Both the position numbers and the translations under genes were made by a program. DNA of 61,449 nucleotides, filler included, from Chiloscyllium plagiosum (taxonomy: Eukaryota), in the NCBI RefSeq assembly GCF_004010195.1. It is 4 parts of one record of this genome, joined end to end, with 100 filler letters (N's around TTAATTAATTAA, not from the genome) between each part and the next. Parts side by side here need not be neighbours in the genome. Positions count along the whole stretch, not along the records: positions 47,142 to 53,650 come from NC_057713.1; positions 53,751 to 61,449 come from NC_057713.1; 2 more parts are not named here. One strand, written 5' to 3'. Shown here one piece after another: positions 49,181-61,269 of this stretch; the stretch's first letter is position 1; each line of letters begins with the position of its first letter. The notes under the pieces are model-generated. The model was not told the DNA's origin, ran no database searches, and was given only the letters and a program-made list of their open reading frames with translations.

Positions 49181-50750
49181 TGTTGAAACACATTGCATCT
49201 TTTTAATTGAAAGATCTGCTTTAAGAGTTTTTGATTTTCAACTTGTAGTTCTCTTGTTAACAACCCTATGCATAGCTTTTCACTCTACATCAGGTTCAAT
49301 TTTAAATTTATGTTGTCTGCAAACTGCTGGAATGAAGTGAATTGAGGTAAAATCTATCAAATATGCAGCCACAAACATTGTTTCTAATTAAACTCCCATG
49401 ATTAACAGAATCTACTCACAAAAATATAAAGTTATGAAAGTTTAAAATTTTATTTACTAATAGTTTAACATGTTAGACTTGCTACTTTTGTCCAAGTTAT
49501 CTGCATAACGTCATTCTCATGCAGAAAAAGAAACTTTCCAACATAAGTCAATATCAATGCTGCAAAGCAATATCTGTAAGTTATAGATAGTCTATTAACC
49601 ACTAGTTACTTCTGTCACCAGTTAGTTTAACCTTTGAAACATGTCAATCAATAGGCAGAGTTTAACAAATGGGTCAGTATGACCTTGTAAAGTCCACGGT
49701 GTTCTTAATATTTACACAAACTGCAGTTTGGCTTGGTCTCAAGTGAATCATTAGAGATGTGTGTTAAATGCCTGTGTAGGAGTGAGTAGTAGCTTAGTTC
49801 TCAGTTCCACACTGATAGAAAGTGAACCTATTTGGCTTCTTACATTTTTTACAAAATAATAGTATTTTCTTGATGAATTAGTGGGGCAAAGGGTTTGCAA
49901 GCAAGAACCATAATTATTGGCTTTCCCTAACTATCCTTGAAAAATAGTGCTAAGAAACCTTCGATAATGCTGTCAGGTGAGCCATTGATAGTGAAGCTAG
50001 AGTAATGCATTTCATTGTCAGGCTGTATTTTCACTTGGAAGGAATACTGGAGGTAATGTTCCCAAATTCCTGCTGCTCTTATGCTTCCAGGTGACAGAGG
50101 TTTTTGGTTTTGGTGGGATGTTCAAATGAACCGTGGCAAGTTACTGGTTCATGCAACAGGTTTGGGTTAATAAGTGGTAAGTGAGCTCTGTAGCACTCAA
50201 GTGCTTGGGATTGACCAGCTTGGATAGTGACAGTCTACTTTGTCCATTTAGAGACAATTTTGGTGACAGACATGAATGACATGCACATCACAAAAGGACC
50301 AAAGAAAAGTTATACTGGACTCAAAACATTAACTTGGTATTTTTCTTGCACAGACGTTGTCAGATCTGTGAAGTTTCTATAGTGCTTGCTGCTTTATTTC
50401 AGATCTTGAGCATCTCCAACTTAACCTACAGAAAAAAACTGACTTGGCCAAAATTTTTCTCACTTGTCACTAGTGAACATTCCTTAAACTGCTTGAGCTC
50501 CAAGTTTTAGAATTCTCTCCTTACACCTCATTAACTCCAACAGTTTTCTCTATTAAGACACTCTTTAAAATCTCTCTCTTTTGACAAACATTTTGGCAAT
50601 TTAACCTAATACAGTCTTCTGTGATTCAATGACATACTGTTTTAAAATGCTCCTATGAAGTGTCTTAGGATGTTTAATTATATTAAAGGCTGCATAATAA
50701 ATAGAAGTAGTTATTGCCAATCAATTAAATCACAAAATATAGGTTTTCTG

Positions 50751-51275
50751 GAACAGGTCCAGGCAGCAGGCCATGGTTGTTACGGTGGATTGCCTGCCCC
50801 TCTTCAGTGGTTATGTCCATGCCCGAGTGTCCCTGGAGAAGGAACACATGGTGTCTACCAACAGCCTTGAGGTTTTCAGGGAGGGGTGGGCATCGCAGGG
50901 AGTGGAGTGTTTTATTTCCCTCTCCAACTCTATTTTGATTTAATCCCTGCCCTTCCCTTCACTTTTTGATGACGCAGCATTGCCCTTTGATGTGAATGGC
51001 ACTGCTTGTCACTGGCCACTCGGGTGTTTCCTTTCTTTCTGGTGGTGGAAAATGAATAAAGATTTACACACCTGTTGTCTTTCACTGTGTCTCACATCTG
51101 CACACACATACAACATGGGTGCTGGGGAAAATATAAGCACCACTGCTGTTAGGCGGTAGTGCAGGGAACATGCAAAAAAAGGAAACAAAGAAAAAGTAAA
51201 AAATAAAACCAGGAGATTTAGAATCTCCTCAGTAAAAAAAAGAGAAAAAAATAACCAGGAGCTCCTCAAAAAAAC
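50751..51275 (+). mobile_element. Tx1-like LINE 3' end (ORF2 C-terminus to 50943, 3' UTR, A-rich tail)
   Basis: DCLPLFSGYVHARVSLEKEHMVSTNSLEVFREGWASQGVEC...*; AATAAA; flanks aggttttctg/agattttctg. Confidence 0.7.
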
Positions 51276-51588
51276 AGATTTTCTGTTCACTATCACCTTG
51301 CTGTTTACAGGAGCTTGTGTTGAACAAATTAATTACCACCTTTCCCATATTACAAGGTTGACTTTATTTATTAAATTCTTCATTACTTGTAAAGTAATTT
51401 GGGACTAAATGTGAGTCTTTACTTTTTCTCGTTGTGAAGGTACTTGCCTTATCACCGAGGCTGATCCTGCCTCACTGCAGTTGTTACATTTCCCCAAGGC
51501 ATGATAAACATGGCAAGCTACTGTTAAACCGGAAAAACAACTTAAATCTGAGGCTTTCAAATTCATTAACATGCTTCAAATACCAACA

Positions 51589-51717
51589 TTTATCTCTCCA
51601 CCCTGGAGGCTTCCTGCCTCTATTCCTGATGAAGGGTTTTTGCCCGAAATGTCAATTTTCCTGCTCTTTGGATGCTGCCTGACCTGCTGTGCTTTTCCAG
51701 CACTACTCTGATTTAAA
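51589..51717 (+). mobile_element. 129-bp PLE-derived insertion with hammerhead motif and perfect 15-bp TSD
   Basis: cttcaaataccaaca at 51574-51588 and 51718-51732; attcctgatgaagggtttttgcccgaaatgtc. Confidence 0.9.
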
Positions 51718-51834
51718 CTTCAAATACCAACACACAACATTGACCCATTTCAGTAAAACCTCCAACAGTAAAGAGGCTGGTGCTAATTTTCAGGTATACT
51801 GAGAATATCATCCCATTTCACCCCCATGCACACT

Positions 51835-52098
51835 CAATCTCGCTTCAGGCGACTAACTGTGTGGAGTCTGCACGTTCTCCCCATGTCTGCGTGGGTTTCC
51901 TCCGGGTGCTCCGGTTTCCTCCCACAGTCCAAAGATGTGCAGGTCAGGTGAATTGGCCATGCTAAATTGCCCATAGTGTTAGGTAAGGGGTAAATGTATG
52001 GGTATGGGTGGGTTGCGCTTCGGCGGGTCGGTGTGGACTTGTTGGGCCGAAGGGCCTGTTTCCACACTGTAATGTAATCTAATCTAAATCTAATCAAT
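51835..52098 (+). mobile_element. HE1 SINE, 5'-truncated
   Basis: V-domain and taatc tail. Confidence 0.9.
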
Positions 52099-52278
52099 CT
52101 CACCTGTCTACCAATTCCCCATTATGTTTGAACTTCAAAGACAAGTTGAGATTCACACTGCCTCCTGAATGCTGGAATTAAGGTAGACACATAAGCCATG
52201 TTTACACAAGTACAACCAATAAAACTCTGGAGTAAACTAATGCTGTATTTTGTTTTAAACAGATATGATACATGCTGC

Positions 52279-52517
52279 TGTAGTAATTTTAATGAGGTTA
52301 GCCAGGTGAACCTCACAGAATACGAGTTTACTGAATGGACCAGATTAACAGTCCCAATCACGGAGTCCTGGCTGACAGATAAGAACAGGAGTATTAGACA
52401 TCCTTTTCACTCTGAGAGCTGACTCTGAGGGAGTTGGATCATTGTCAAGGACTGTCCTCTTGTAAATTAAGGCTGATTTGATGACTGGATATCAGCCTCT
52501 GTTGCAAAATTGCAACA
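52279..52517 (+). mobile_element. Short solo LTR
   Basis: TG...CA; CCAAT, TATA-like gataagaa and polyA-like aattaa in order; flanks gctgc/gttgc. Confidence 0.55.
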
Positions 52518-53128
52518 GTTGCAAAATTCAATAAGCACAAAATTGGGTTGGACATTTAACCTTTGCTTACTATTTCCAATACTGCAGCGCTAACTTTGCA
52601 CAGTCTATTCATTACCATCATTGTAACATGCAGTCAACACTAAGTACACAGTTGAACGATTGCAGATCTGAACAAAATCATGACATAGTACCATCATTCA
52701 AAATGGTGGTAAAACGTAGCTTTAAGTGGGTAGTTTCTGAGTAGACACTCTGAATAATGCAAAAATTATATTCAAAACTCTGGCACAGTGCTGAAGGCCT
52801 GAGTGCAAGACATGGGCAGTGGGAGAGAGATGCTTTATATGCAAGGTATCAGGAAGCCTTCTATACATTAAATTTGTTAGTAGGTAGCTGCCATAGTCAA
52901 GGCCAGTAAGCTAACCTATGATATTGATGCAGTATTACAAGAAATGTAATGAATTTACATGGGTGATCAGAATCAAAGAATGTACATACAGCTTTTTTAC
53001 TTATTACGATCCAATTTCCATCAATAATGACTCACACCTCACTTTCAAAGCTTAACCTCAACTCTCATAATTGGCAAGACTTCTAGTCTTACATCCACAT
53101 CTCAGTGGCTGTAGACAGTCTAGTTATT

Positions 53129-53650
53129 CCGAGACATTAACCGCCTCAACCTGTCTACCCTTCTGCCCCACTCCAACCTCTTACCCTCACAACGCGCAAC
53201 CCTCCACTCCCTCTGTTCCAATCCCGACCTCACCATCAAGCCAGCAGATAAAGGGGGTGCAGTGGTAGTCTGGCGCACTGACCTCTACACCGCTGAAGTC
53301 AAACGCCAACTCGAGGACACCTCCTCCTACCGCCCCTTTAACCATGACCCCACCCCCCATTACCAAACCATCATCTCCCAGACCAAACAGATCCTCAACA
53401 CCTCAGGAGATCTCCCACCCACAGCTTCCAACCTCATAGTCCGGGAACCCCACACTGCCTGATTCTACCTCCTCCCCAAGATCCACAAGCCTGACCACCC
53501 TGGCCGACCCATTGTCTCAGCATGCTCCTGCCCCACTGAACTCATCTCTACCTACCTCGACACTGTCCTATCCCTCCTAGTCCAGGAGCTCCCCACATAC
53601 GTTCGAGACACCACCCAAGCCCTCCACCTCCTCCAAGACTTCCGTTTCCC
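53129..53650 (+). mobile_element. Penelope-like reverse transcriptase N-terminal fragment (one stop), cut by a gap
   Basis: LTIKPADKGGAVVVW...[34 protein letters not shown]...YVRDTT. Confidence 0.92.
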
Positions 53651-53750
53651 NNNNNNNNNNNNNNNNNNNNNNNNNNNNNNNNNNNNNNNNNNNNTTAATT
53701 AATTAANNNNNNNNNNNNNNNNNNNNNNNNNNNNNNNNNNNNNNNNNNNN
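53651..53750. other. Assembly gap with artificial linker
   Basis: N44-TTAATTAATTAA-N44. Confidence 0.95.
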
Positions 53751-54421
53751 GTCGCAGATAGATAGGATAGTGAAGAAGGCGTTTGGTATGCTTTCCTTTA
53801 TTGGTCAGAGTATTCAGTACAGGAGTTGAGAGGTCATGTTGCTGCTGTACAGGACATTGGTTAGGCCACTGTTGGAATATTGCTTGCAATTCTGGTCTCC
53901 TTCCTATCGGAAAGATGTTGTGAAACTTGAAAGGGTTCAGAAAAGATTTACAAGGATGTTGCCAGGGTTGGAGGATTTGATCTATAGGGAGAGGCTGAAT
54001 AGGCTGGGCCTGTTTTCCCTGGAGCGACAGAGGCTGAGGGGTGACCTCATAGAAGTTTACAAAATTATGAGGGGCATGGATAGGAATAAATAGACAAAGT
54101 CTTTTCCCTGGGGTCGGGGAGTCCAGAACACGAGGGCATAGGTTTCGGGTGAGAGGGGAAAGATATAAAAGAGACCTAAGGGTCAACGTTTTCATGCAAA
54201 GGGTGGTATGTGTATAGAATGAGCTGCCAGAGGAAGTGGTGGAGGCTGGTACAATTGCAACATTTAAGAGGCATTTGGATGGGTATATGAATAGGAAGGG
54301 TTTGGAGGGATATGGGCCGGGTGCTGGCTGGTGGGACTAGATTGGGTTGGGATATCTGGTCAGCATGGACAGGTTGGACCGAAGGGTCTGTTTCCATGCT
54401 GTACCATATCTATGACTCTAA
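53751..54421 (+). mobile_element. CR1 (HER1-like) RT C-terminus and 3' end
   Basis: LYRTLVRPLLEYCLQFWSP...LERVQKRFTRM...RLRGDLIEVYKI. Confidence 0.93.
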
Positions 54422-55725
54422 GATGATGAGCCGGCTTTGGGAAGTCAGGATATGAGTTACGCACTCCAATATTGCTAGCCTCTGATATATTGTTGTATTT
54501 ACTGCTTTTATGTGGTGAGTTTAGTTGAGTTTCCGGTCAATAGTAATTCCCAGAATGTTGGTAGTAGGGGCTTCAATGATGGCAACACCGTTAAATGAAT
54601 CGGGCGATGGTCAGATTGGTTCTTATTGGAAACGGTCATTGCTTGTCATTTGTGTGGCATGAATGTTATTGCCACTTGACAGCCCAATCCTGGATATTGT
54701 CCAGATCTTGTTGCATTTGAACATGAATCAGTTCAGTACCTGGGGAGTTGCGAATCGTGCCGAACATTGTGTAATTATCAGGGAACATGCCCACTTCTGA
54801 TCTTTTGTTGGAGGGAAGGTTATTGATGAGGCAACTGAAGATGGTTGGGCTTAGGATGCCATCCTGAGGAACCTTTGCAGACATGTCCTGGAGCTGAGAT
54901 GACTGACCTCCAACAACTGCAGCCATCTTCCTATGTGCCATATATGACTCCAGTCTGCTTTGTGATTACTTATTGAGTCCAGTTTTGCTCGGGCTCCTTG
55001 ATGCCACATTCAGTCAAATGTTGCATTGATGTTAAGGGCTGTCATTCTCATCTTACCTCTGGAATTCACCTATTTTGTTCATCTTTGAACCAAGACTGTA
55101 ATGAGGTCAGAAGCTAAATGGCCATAGCAGAACCCAAACTGGGTGTCATTGAGCAGGTTATTGCTCGGCAGTTACTGCTTGTTAGTACTATTATGACAAC
55201 TTCCGCCACTTCACTGTGATTGCAAGTAAACTAATGGACAGTAATTGACTGGGTTGGACTTGTCCTGCTTTTTGTGCACAGGACATACCTGAGCAATTTC
55301 CACATTGTCAGATAGATGCCAGTGTTGCAGCTGTACTGGAAGAGCTTGGCTAGGGGAGAAGCACATTCTGGAGCACAAGTCTTCAGTGCTGTTGCTGGAA
55401 TGTCGTCTGGGCCTATAGTCTTCACAGTATCTTGTTCCTCAAAACAGTTTTTGATATCATGTGGAGTGGATTGAATTGGCTAAAGGCAGGTTTCAGTGGT
55501 GCTGCAGACCACTGGAGGAGGCTAAGATGGAGCATTCACTCAGCATGTCAGGCTGAAGATTGCTGCAAATGCTTCAGCCTTATCCCTTGCACTGATGTGC
55601 TGGACTCTTCCATAATTGAAGGTGGGGATATTTGTGAAGTCTCCAGCTCTTGTGAATTGCTTAATTGTGCACTACCATCTACAACTGGATGTAGCAGGAC
55701 TGAAGAGCTTAGATCTGATCCACTT
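54422..55725 (-). mobile_element. Ancient CR1/L2-supergroup LINE RT region
   Basis: GPDDIPATALKTCAPE..PLAKLF; VPQDGILSPTIFSCLINNL. Confidence 0.8.
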
Positions 55726-55964
55726 GCGATACTTTCTTTATCTAACTAACTAATGTATCTTTTCTAAATTCCGGCTTCTTCACAAACTTAATCAACTATT
55801 AGAGAATTGCAATATATTGTGAACTACCTAGATTAGGTAATTGTGATCAACAATTATCGTAATAGAATGGATAAGAGATAGGCTGGCTGGCAGAAAGTGG
55901 ACTGTATGCACAAATGGGTCTTTATTTGCTTGGCAGGCTGTGACAGGTCCCATCAGGTTCTGAG

Positions 55965-56147
55965 TCAAGATTAGAGCGGTGCTGGAAAAACACAGCAGGT
56001 CAGGCAGCATCCAAGGAGCAGAAAAATAGATGTTTTGGCCTGAAGCGTTGATTTTCCTGCTCCTCGGATGTTGCCTGACCTGCTGTGTTTTTCCAGCACC
56101 ACTCTAATCTTAACTCTAATCTCCAGCATCTGCAGTACCCACTTTCG
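55965..56147. mobile_element. Fold-back PLE-derived insertion lacking the hammerhead core
   Basis: ~70-bp inverted arms; TSD ccatcaggttctgag/ccaccaagttctgag (13/15). Confidence 0.85.
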
Positions 56148-56290
56148 CCACCAAGTTCTGAGCTGGGACCTCAACTTTTCATAATTTAAATCAATGACTT
56201 GAAATTGGGAGCAAAAGGCACAGGAGCTAAAGTTGCAGGTAACACTATGACTGGTAGGAGAGCACATTGCAAGGAAGACATTAAGAGATT

Positions 56291-56590
56291 GCAGATTGGA
56301 TTCCCTACAGTGTAGGGACAGGCCCTTTGGCTCAACCAGTCCACACTGAAGAGTAACCCACCCAGACCCATTTCTCTCTGACTAGTGCGCCTAGCACTAC
56401 GGGCAATTTAGCATGGCCAATTCACCTGACCTGCACATCTTTGGACTGTGGGAGAAAACTGGAGCACCTGGAGGAAACCCATGCAGACACAGGGCAAACG
56501 TGCAAACTCTACACAGACAGTCGCCTAAGGCTGGAACTGAACCTGGGACCCTATTGCTATGAGGCAGCGGTGCTATCCACTGAGCCACCC
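56291..56590 (-). mobile_element. HE1-type V-SINE
   Basis: V-domain and head. Confidence 0.9.
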
Positions 56591-59519
56591 TCAGATGGAT
56601 ATTAATATTTTGAGTGAATAGGCAAAGATTGGACAGATGGACTATAATGAGGAAAATGTGAAGTTGTTCACTTTGACAAGATGAATGAAAAACCAGATAT
56701 TCTTTAAATGGAGAATGGTTGCAGAATTCTAAGATGTATAGGGATTTATGTGCTCTTGCGTATGAGTCACAAAATTAATATGTAGCTAATCAAGACTAAT
56801 AGGATGCTCTCTTTTATTATGACAGGAATTGAACATAAGAGTGAGAATGCTTTGCCTCACTTATGCAGGATTTTGGTGAAGCACATCTCGAATGCTATAC
56901 TATATTGTTCCTCTCACTTAAGGAAGGATGTATCTGAATTGGAGGGAGTTCAAAGGATATTTACTCAATTAAACCTGGAATAAGTGTGTTATCATTTCGG
57001 TTGGACAAGCTAGGCTTTTTTCCATGGGGATTAGAAGGGTGAAGGGGTGACTTAATTGACTGGTCTTAATATGTTAGCTATGGAAAGAATATTCCCTGTT
57101 GTGGATCAGCCCAGAACTTGGGGCATTGGTTTAAAATTAGGGATCCACTATAAGGACAGAAATTAGGTTGTTTTTTATTTCTCAGAGCATTATCAGACTT
57201 TGGATCACTCTGATTTTGAAGGTGATAGTGGTGGATTCGTTAAATATTTTGAAGGTGGAGTTAGGTAGAATATTGATGAACAAGGGAATCAAATGTTATT
57301 TGGGTTTGAAGGGAAAATGGGATTCAAAATACAAACAATTGGGCTGAATGGCCTCTTTCTGTACTATAGGGATTCTATGATGTAATTGAATGGTCTATTT
57401 CTACTCCTATTTCATATCTTAATTGTTTATATAGGGTCTTTCAGGAGCCGTGGGGATGGGAGGATCATGGGTTGGCATGAACTAGCATGTATGGACAAGG
57501 GGAGTAGATGGGATTAGTGCTGTGAGGAGTGAGGATTAACCAGCTAATATGTAAGGAAAATACCCGGGACAAAGCATGGAGAACATAGGAGAGTCTTTTA
57601 GACAGCCTGCTTTGACAATTGGCATCTCATGTGGGTGCTTCAGATCTGGCTGTAGGGCCAGTAGTCCTGACTTCATCCTTCACTAATCAACCCAAACAAT
57701 AATTTAGGACACTTTTTCACTCAGATGGGTAGCAAGCCAGGCAATTTCCTGTCTTTGCACACCTATCTCGGGTGCAAAATTTCAGGACTGAATGTTTGAA
57801 TAATGTTGATTGATTTGACTGATAGCAACAAGGTTTCATGATTTACACATAATTATCTTATTTATTGTTCCCATTCACTTTTGCTACCTCTCTCTATTTT
57901 GTCCTCTTGCCCTTGAAGTTGGGATCAGTTTTCTCTGCATTCCCTTGAAAATTATTCAAATTCGATCTCAATGAAAAATATAAATTACCTAAATATCTGA
58001 CTATATTTGAGTCATCAATATGAAGATGATGTAACCTTCTATTGAACATTAAATAGATCTACACAGACTAAAATAATGATGTAGCTGTGACTAGAAATTT
58101 ATGTGATATGATTTCTTGTATAGTTGTCAAATCTGGTAAATGGATTTTGTGCAATTTTATGCCCTACCGTTTGTCTATGTGGAATTTTCAGTGGTGCAAT
58201 GCAATTTTTTTTATAATTTGAACTTCTAGTACAGTAAAACTGACTTAAAATAAGCCTAATGATGTGCTTTCCAAGGTCTAGAAAGATACATCTATCTTCT
58301 GAACCAGGAAAGAAAATATGCATGGAAGTATCAAATAAACAGGAATAAGAAATCCCAGAAATGTCTGTCAGCCAGGAGGAGAAGAGAAAGAAGTACATGG
58401 TGAATTTATAATTTCTGTGGAAGTTGTCATAAGTAAACTGAAGACGTTTTGGGCCAACAAGTCTCTGGGGCTGGATGAACATCATCCTGATGTCTGTTAG
58501 CGTTCTTGTGAATGTTTTGTATTCATGAAGGTGGTGTAACAACATTTTATTTTAGAGAACAACTTCCTGAATAACAGAGACTTCTCTGACTCAATGTGGC
58601 TATTTTTGAAGCATCTTTGGTTACCACTAAAATTGATGTTAGCTCCTTTAGACAGTAATTGAGGGTCCAATGCCCTTTTCAAGGGACTCTTTGTGAAAGT
58701 GGAATCTGAATCTGCTCCATTCAGGATTCTTCAGTGGTCTTTGAGCCTATATAACAGTTCTAACCAATTTTGGGTAATTTTATGAAGAATTAAGTTGTTT
58801 ACACAAGCAGCCATGGACTAGTACATCTAGGCAAGTTGCATTCACACAAATTGCTACGGTCAGTTTTTCAAAATTGAGAGATGTTATTGTCATTTATTTA
58901 CAATATCCATTTTACCTGTATACAACACTTTCTCATTCTCTTTCTTGCATTGCTATCTTCTAAAAATGCTGTTAGTCCCCTGGTACCTTGTCTAATAGAC
59001 CATTAGTCCCGTGTAAGTTCTCATCCGTGAATGACAACAGGCTTTTCTAAAATTGAACCCGATCCTGATGCTCACATGTAAACTTTACAGTAGAGACCAT
59101 TGGATAATAATCACTAATAGAAATCCCAATTGAATATTTTGCTCTCTTGAGCAATGTCACTGCTGCTGCTCTGACTGGCCTCAGCTAAACCAGTGCATCG
59201 AGCAAATTAAACTAGTAATTTTCCTTATTCTACTGTTCAATATCACACTATGTGATGCACTGAGCCATTAGGGCAAAGAAAAGACTCTCAACTTTATCAG
59301 TTCAATAATCCAGAAGAAGCAGAGATAAAACTCCAGCTGGATGGGAGTCAGTTTTGGATTATTAGTGCTTAATAATGGAAGTTTTTTTAAAAAGCCAGCA
59401 AATAGCAAAAATTAAGAACATGCTGCATTGTCCCAGTTCCATTTTGAATTTTTCTGAGCTTTTTTGTCTCAGTAGCTTCACTGTTCAAAAGCTACTTGTA
59501 GCTGCTATATTGTTAACTA

Positions 59520-59648
59520 GGAGAAAGTGTGGACTGCAGATGCTGGAGATCAGAGCTTAAAAATGTGTTGCTGGAAAAACGCAGCAGGTCAGGCAGCATC
59601 AAAGGAGCAGGAGAATCGACGTTTCGGGCATAAACCCTTCTTCAGGAA
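59520..59648 (-). mobile_element. Short PLE family 1 copy with intact hammerhead core (59614-59648)
   Basis: minus ttc-CTGAAGA-a-gggt-ttat-gccc-GAAA-cg-TC-gatt. Confidence 0.85.
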
Positions 59649-60044
59649 GGGCTGAAGAACAAACAACAAATCTTTTTTTTTCCAGGACTGCAATTAACTT
59701 TGCCCCCTCGTCCTTCCATGAACTCCTCCCAACAATGAACAGGTCAGTTTTACTTCCTTCCCAGAGTTCACAAATAGGACTGCACTGGTAGAGCTGTCAT
59801 TTCACTCTGTTCCTATCTTACTGAACTGATTTCTTTACATTTCAAGTCTGTGTTATCTTCCTTTAATTAGTCTCTTTCCACCTGTAGTTAAAAATGTTCT
59901 AATGCACTCTGTCACCTTAGCATTTTTCAATTTTTGACCCTAACCACCTCCTCTACATTATGGCTGTCCAATTTTTTACATCTTCATCGCATTCTCCCAG
60001 CTTTTCTGCCTCCATCACATCCATTCCAGTGCTTCACATATCTA

Positions 60045-60335
60045 TGAATACATGAACAAGGAACAAAATTAGGTGACTCAGCCCTTCAAGACTACTAAGC
60101 CATTTGATAAGGTCATGTTTGTTCTTATTTGAACCTCAACTCATATCCTTGATAATCTTCCATTGTCTTGTAATCAAGAACCTACCTGAGTCTGCCTTAA
60201 AAATATTAAAATATTCTGCATCCTCTGTCTTTTGTGAAAAGGAATTCCAAAGACTCACAACCCTCTGCAAGAAAAAATGTTTCCTCGTCTTTGTTTCAAA
60301 TGAACAACCCCTTACTTTTAAACCATGACCCAAGT
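60045..60335 (-). mobile_element. CR1 3' end
   Basis: GHGLKVRG..RKHFFLQRVVSLWNS. Confidence 0.75.
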
Positions 60336-60461
60336 TCTGAATTCTCCCACATTTCTTTTGTCCTCAACCTCCTCACCACGGTTGTCATGAGCCTTCACTA
60401 CATAAATCTATTTTTCAGACTACAATTCTGACCCCTCCTCCTCCTCTCCAGTAGAGATTCG

Positions 60462-61262
60462 CACGGATGATCCCTGGAATGGTAGGCCTAACATACGATG
60501 AACGACTGAGGATTCTGGGATTGTATTCATTAGAGTTTAACAAGGTAAAAGCAATGACTACAGATGCTGGAAACCAGATTCTGGATTGGTGGTGCTGGAA
60601 GAGCTCAGCAGTTCAGGCAGCATCCGAGGAGCAGCGAAATTGACGTTTCGGGCAAAAGCCCTTCATCCCCTCCCCCTTTTACCCATTGTACTCTATGCTA
60701 CTTTCTCCCCAACCCCACCCTCCTCTAGCTTATCTCTCCACGCTTCAGGCTCACTGCCTTTATTCCTGATGAAGGGCTTTTGCCCGAAACGTCGATTTCG
60801 AAGCTCCTTGGATGCTGCCTGAACTGCTGTGCTCTTCCAGCACCACCAATCCGAAATTCATTAGAGTTTAGAAGGTTGAGGGGAGATCTAATAGAAACTT
60901 ACAAGATAATGTATGGTCCAGAAAGGGTGGGAGCTGGGAATTAGTTTCTGTTAGGGGGGGGAGACTAAGACCTGTGGGCATAGCCATAGAATTGGAGGAG
61001 GTCAATTTAGAATGAAAACGAGGAGACACTTCTTCAGCCAGAGAGTGGTGGGCCTGTGGAATTCATTGCTACAGAGTGCAGTGGAGGCCGGGACGTTAAA
61101 TGTCTTCAAGGCAGAGATTGATAGATTCTTGATCTCACAAGGAATGAAGGGCCACAGGGAGAGTGCGGGTAAGTGGAGTTGAAATGCCCATCAACCATGA
61201 TTAAATGGCAGAGTGGACTCGATGGGCCAAACGGCCTTACTTCCACTATGGTTTTATGGTCC
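60462..61262 (+). mobile_element. CR1 3' end interrupted by a PLE insertion
   Basis: RMIPGMVGLTYDERLRILGLYSLEF | RRLRGDLIETYKI...FFSQRVVGLWNSL. Confidence 0.9.
60540..60855. mobile_element. Inverted PLE-derived insertion with perfect 15-bp TSD; intact hammerhead core at 60762-60797 (+)
   Basis: attcattagagttta at 60525-60539 and 60856-60870; CTGATGA-a-gggc-tttt-gccc-GAAA-cg-TC. Confidence 0.92.
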
Positions 61263-61269
61263 TTTCTAG

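Larger units (their letters stand above)
55880..57420 (+). mobile_element. Degenerate CR1 RT/3' end hosting a PLE fold-back and an HE1 SINE
   Basis: PQGS-LGP-like ccatcaggttctgagctgggacctcaac, CEVVHF and GVQRIFT remnants. Confidence 0.65.

Noticed and set aside
58099..58545. 148-aa minus-strand ORF
   Set aside because: No recognisable domain; the opposite strand holds a degenerate CR1 remnant (KSLGLDEHHP).
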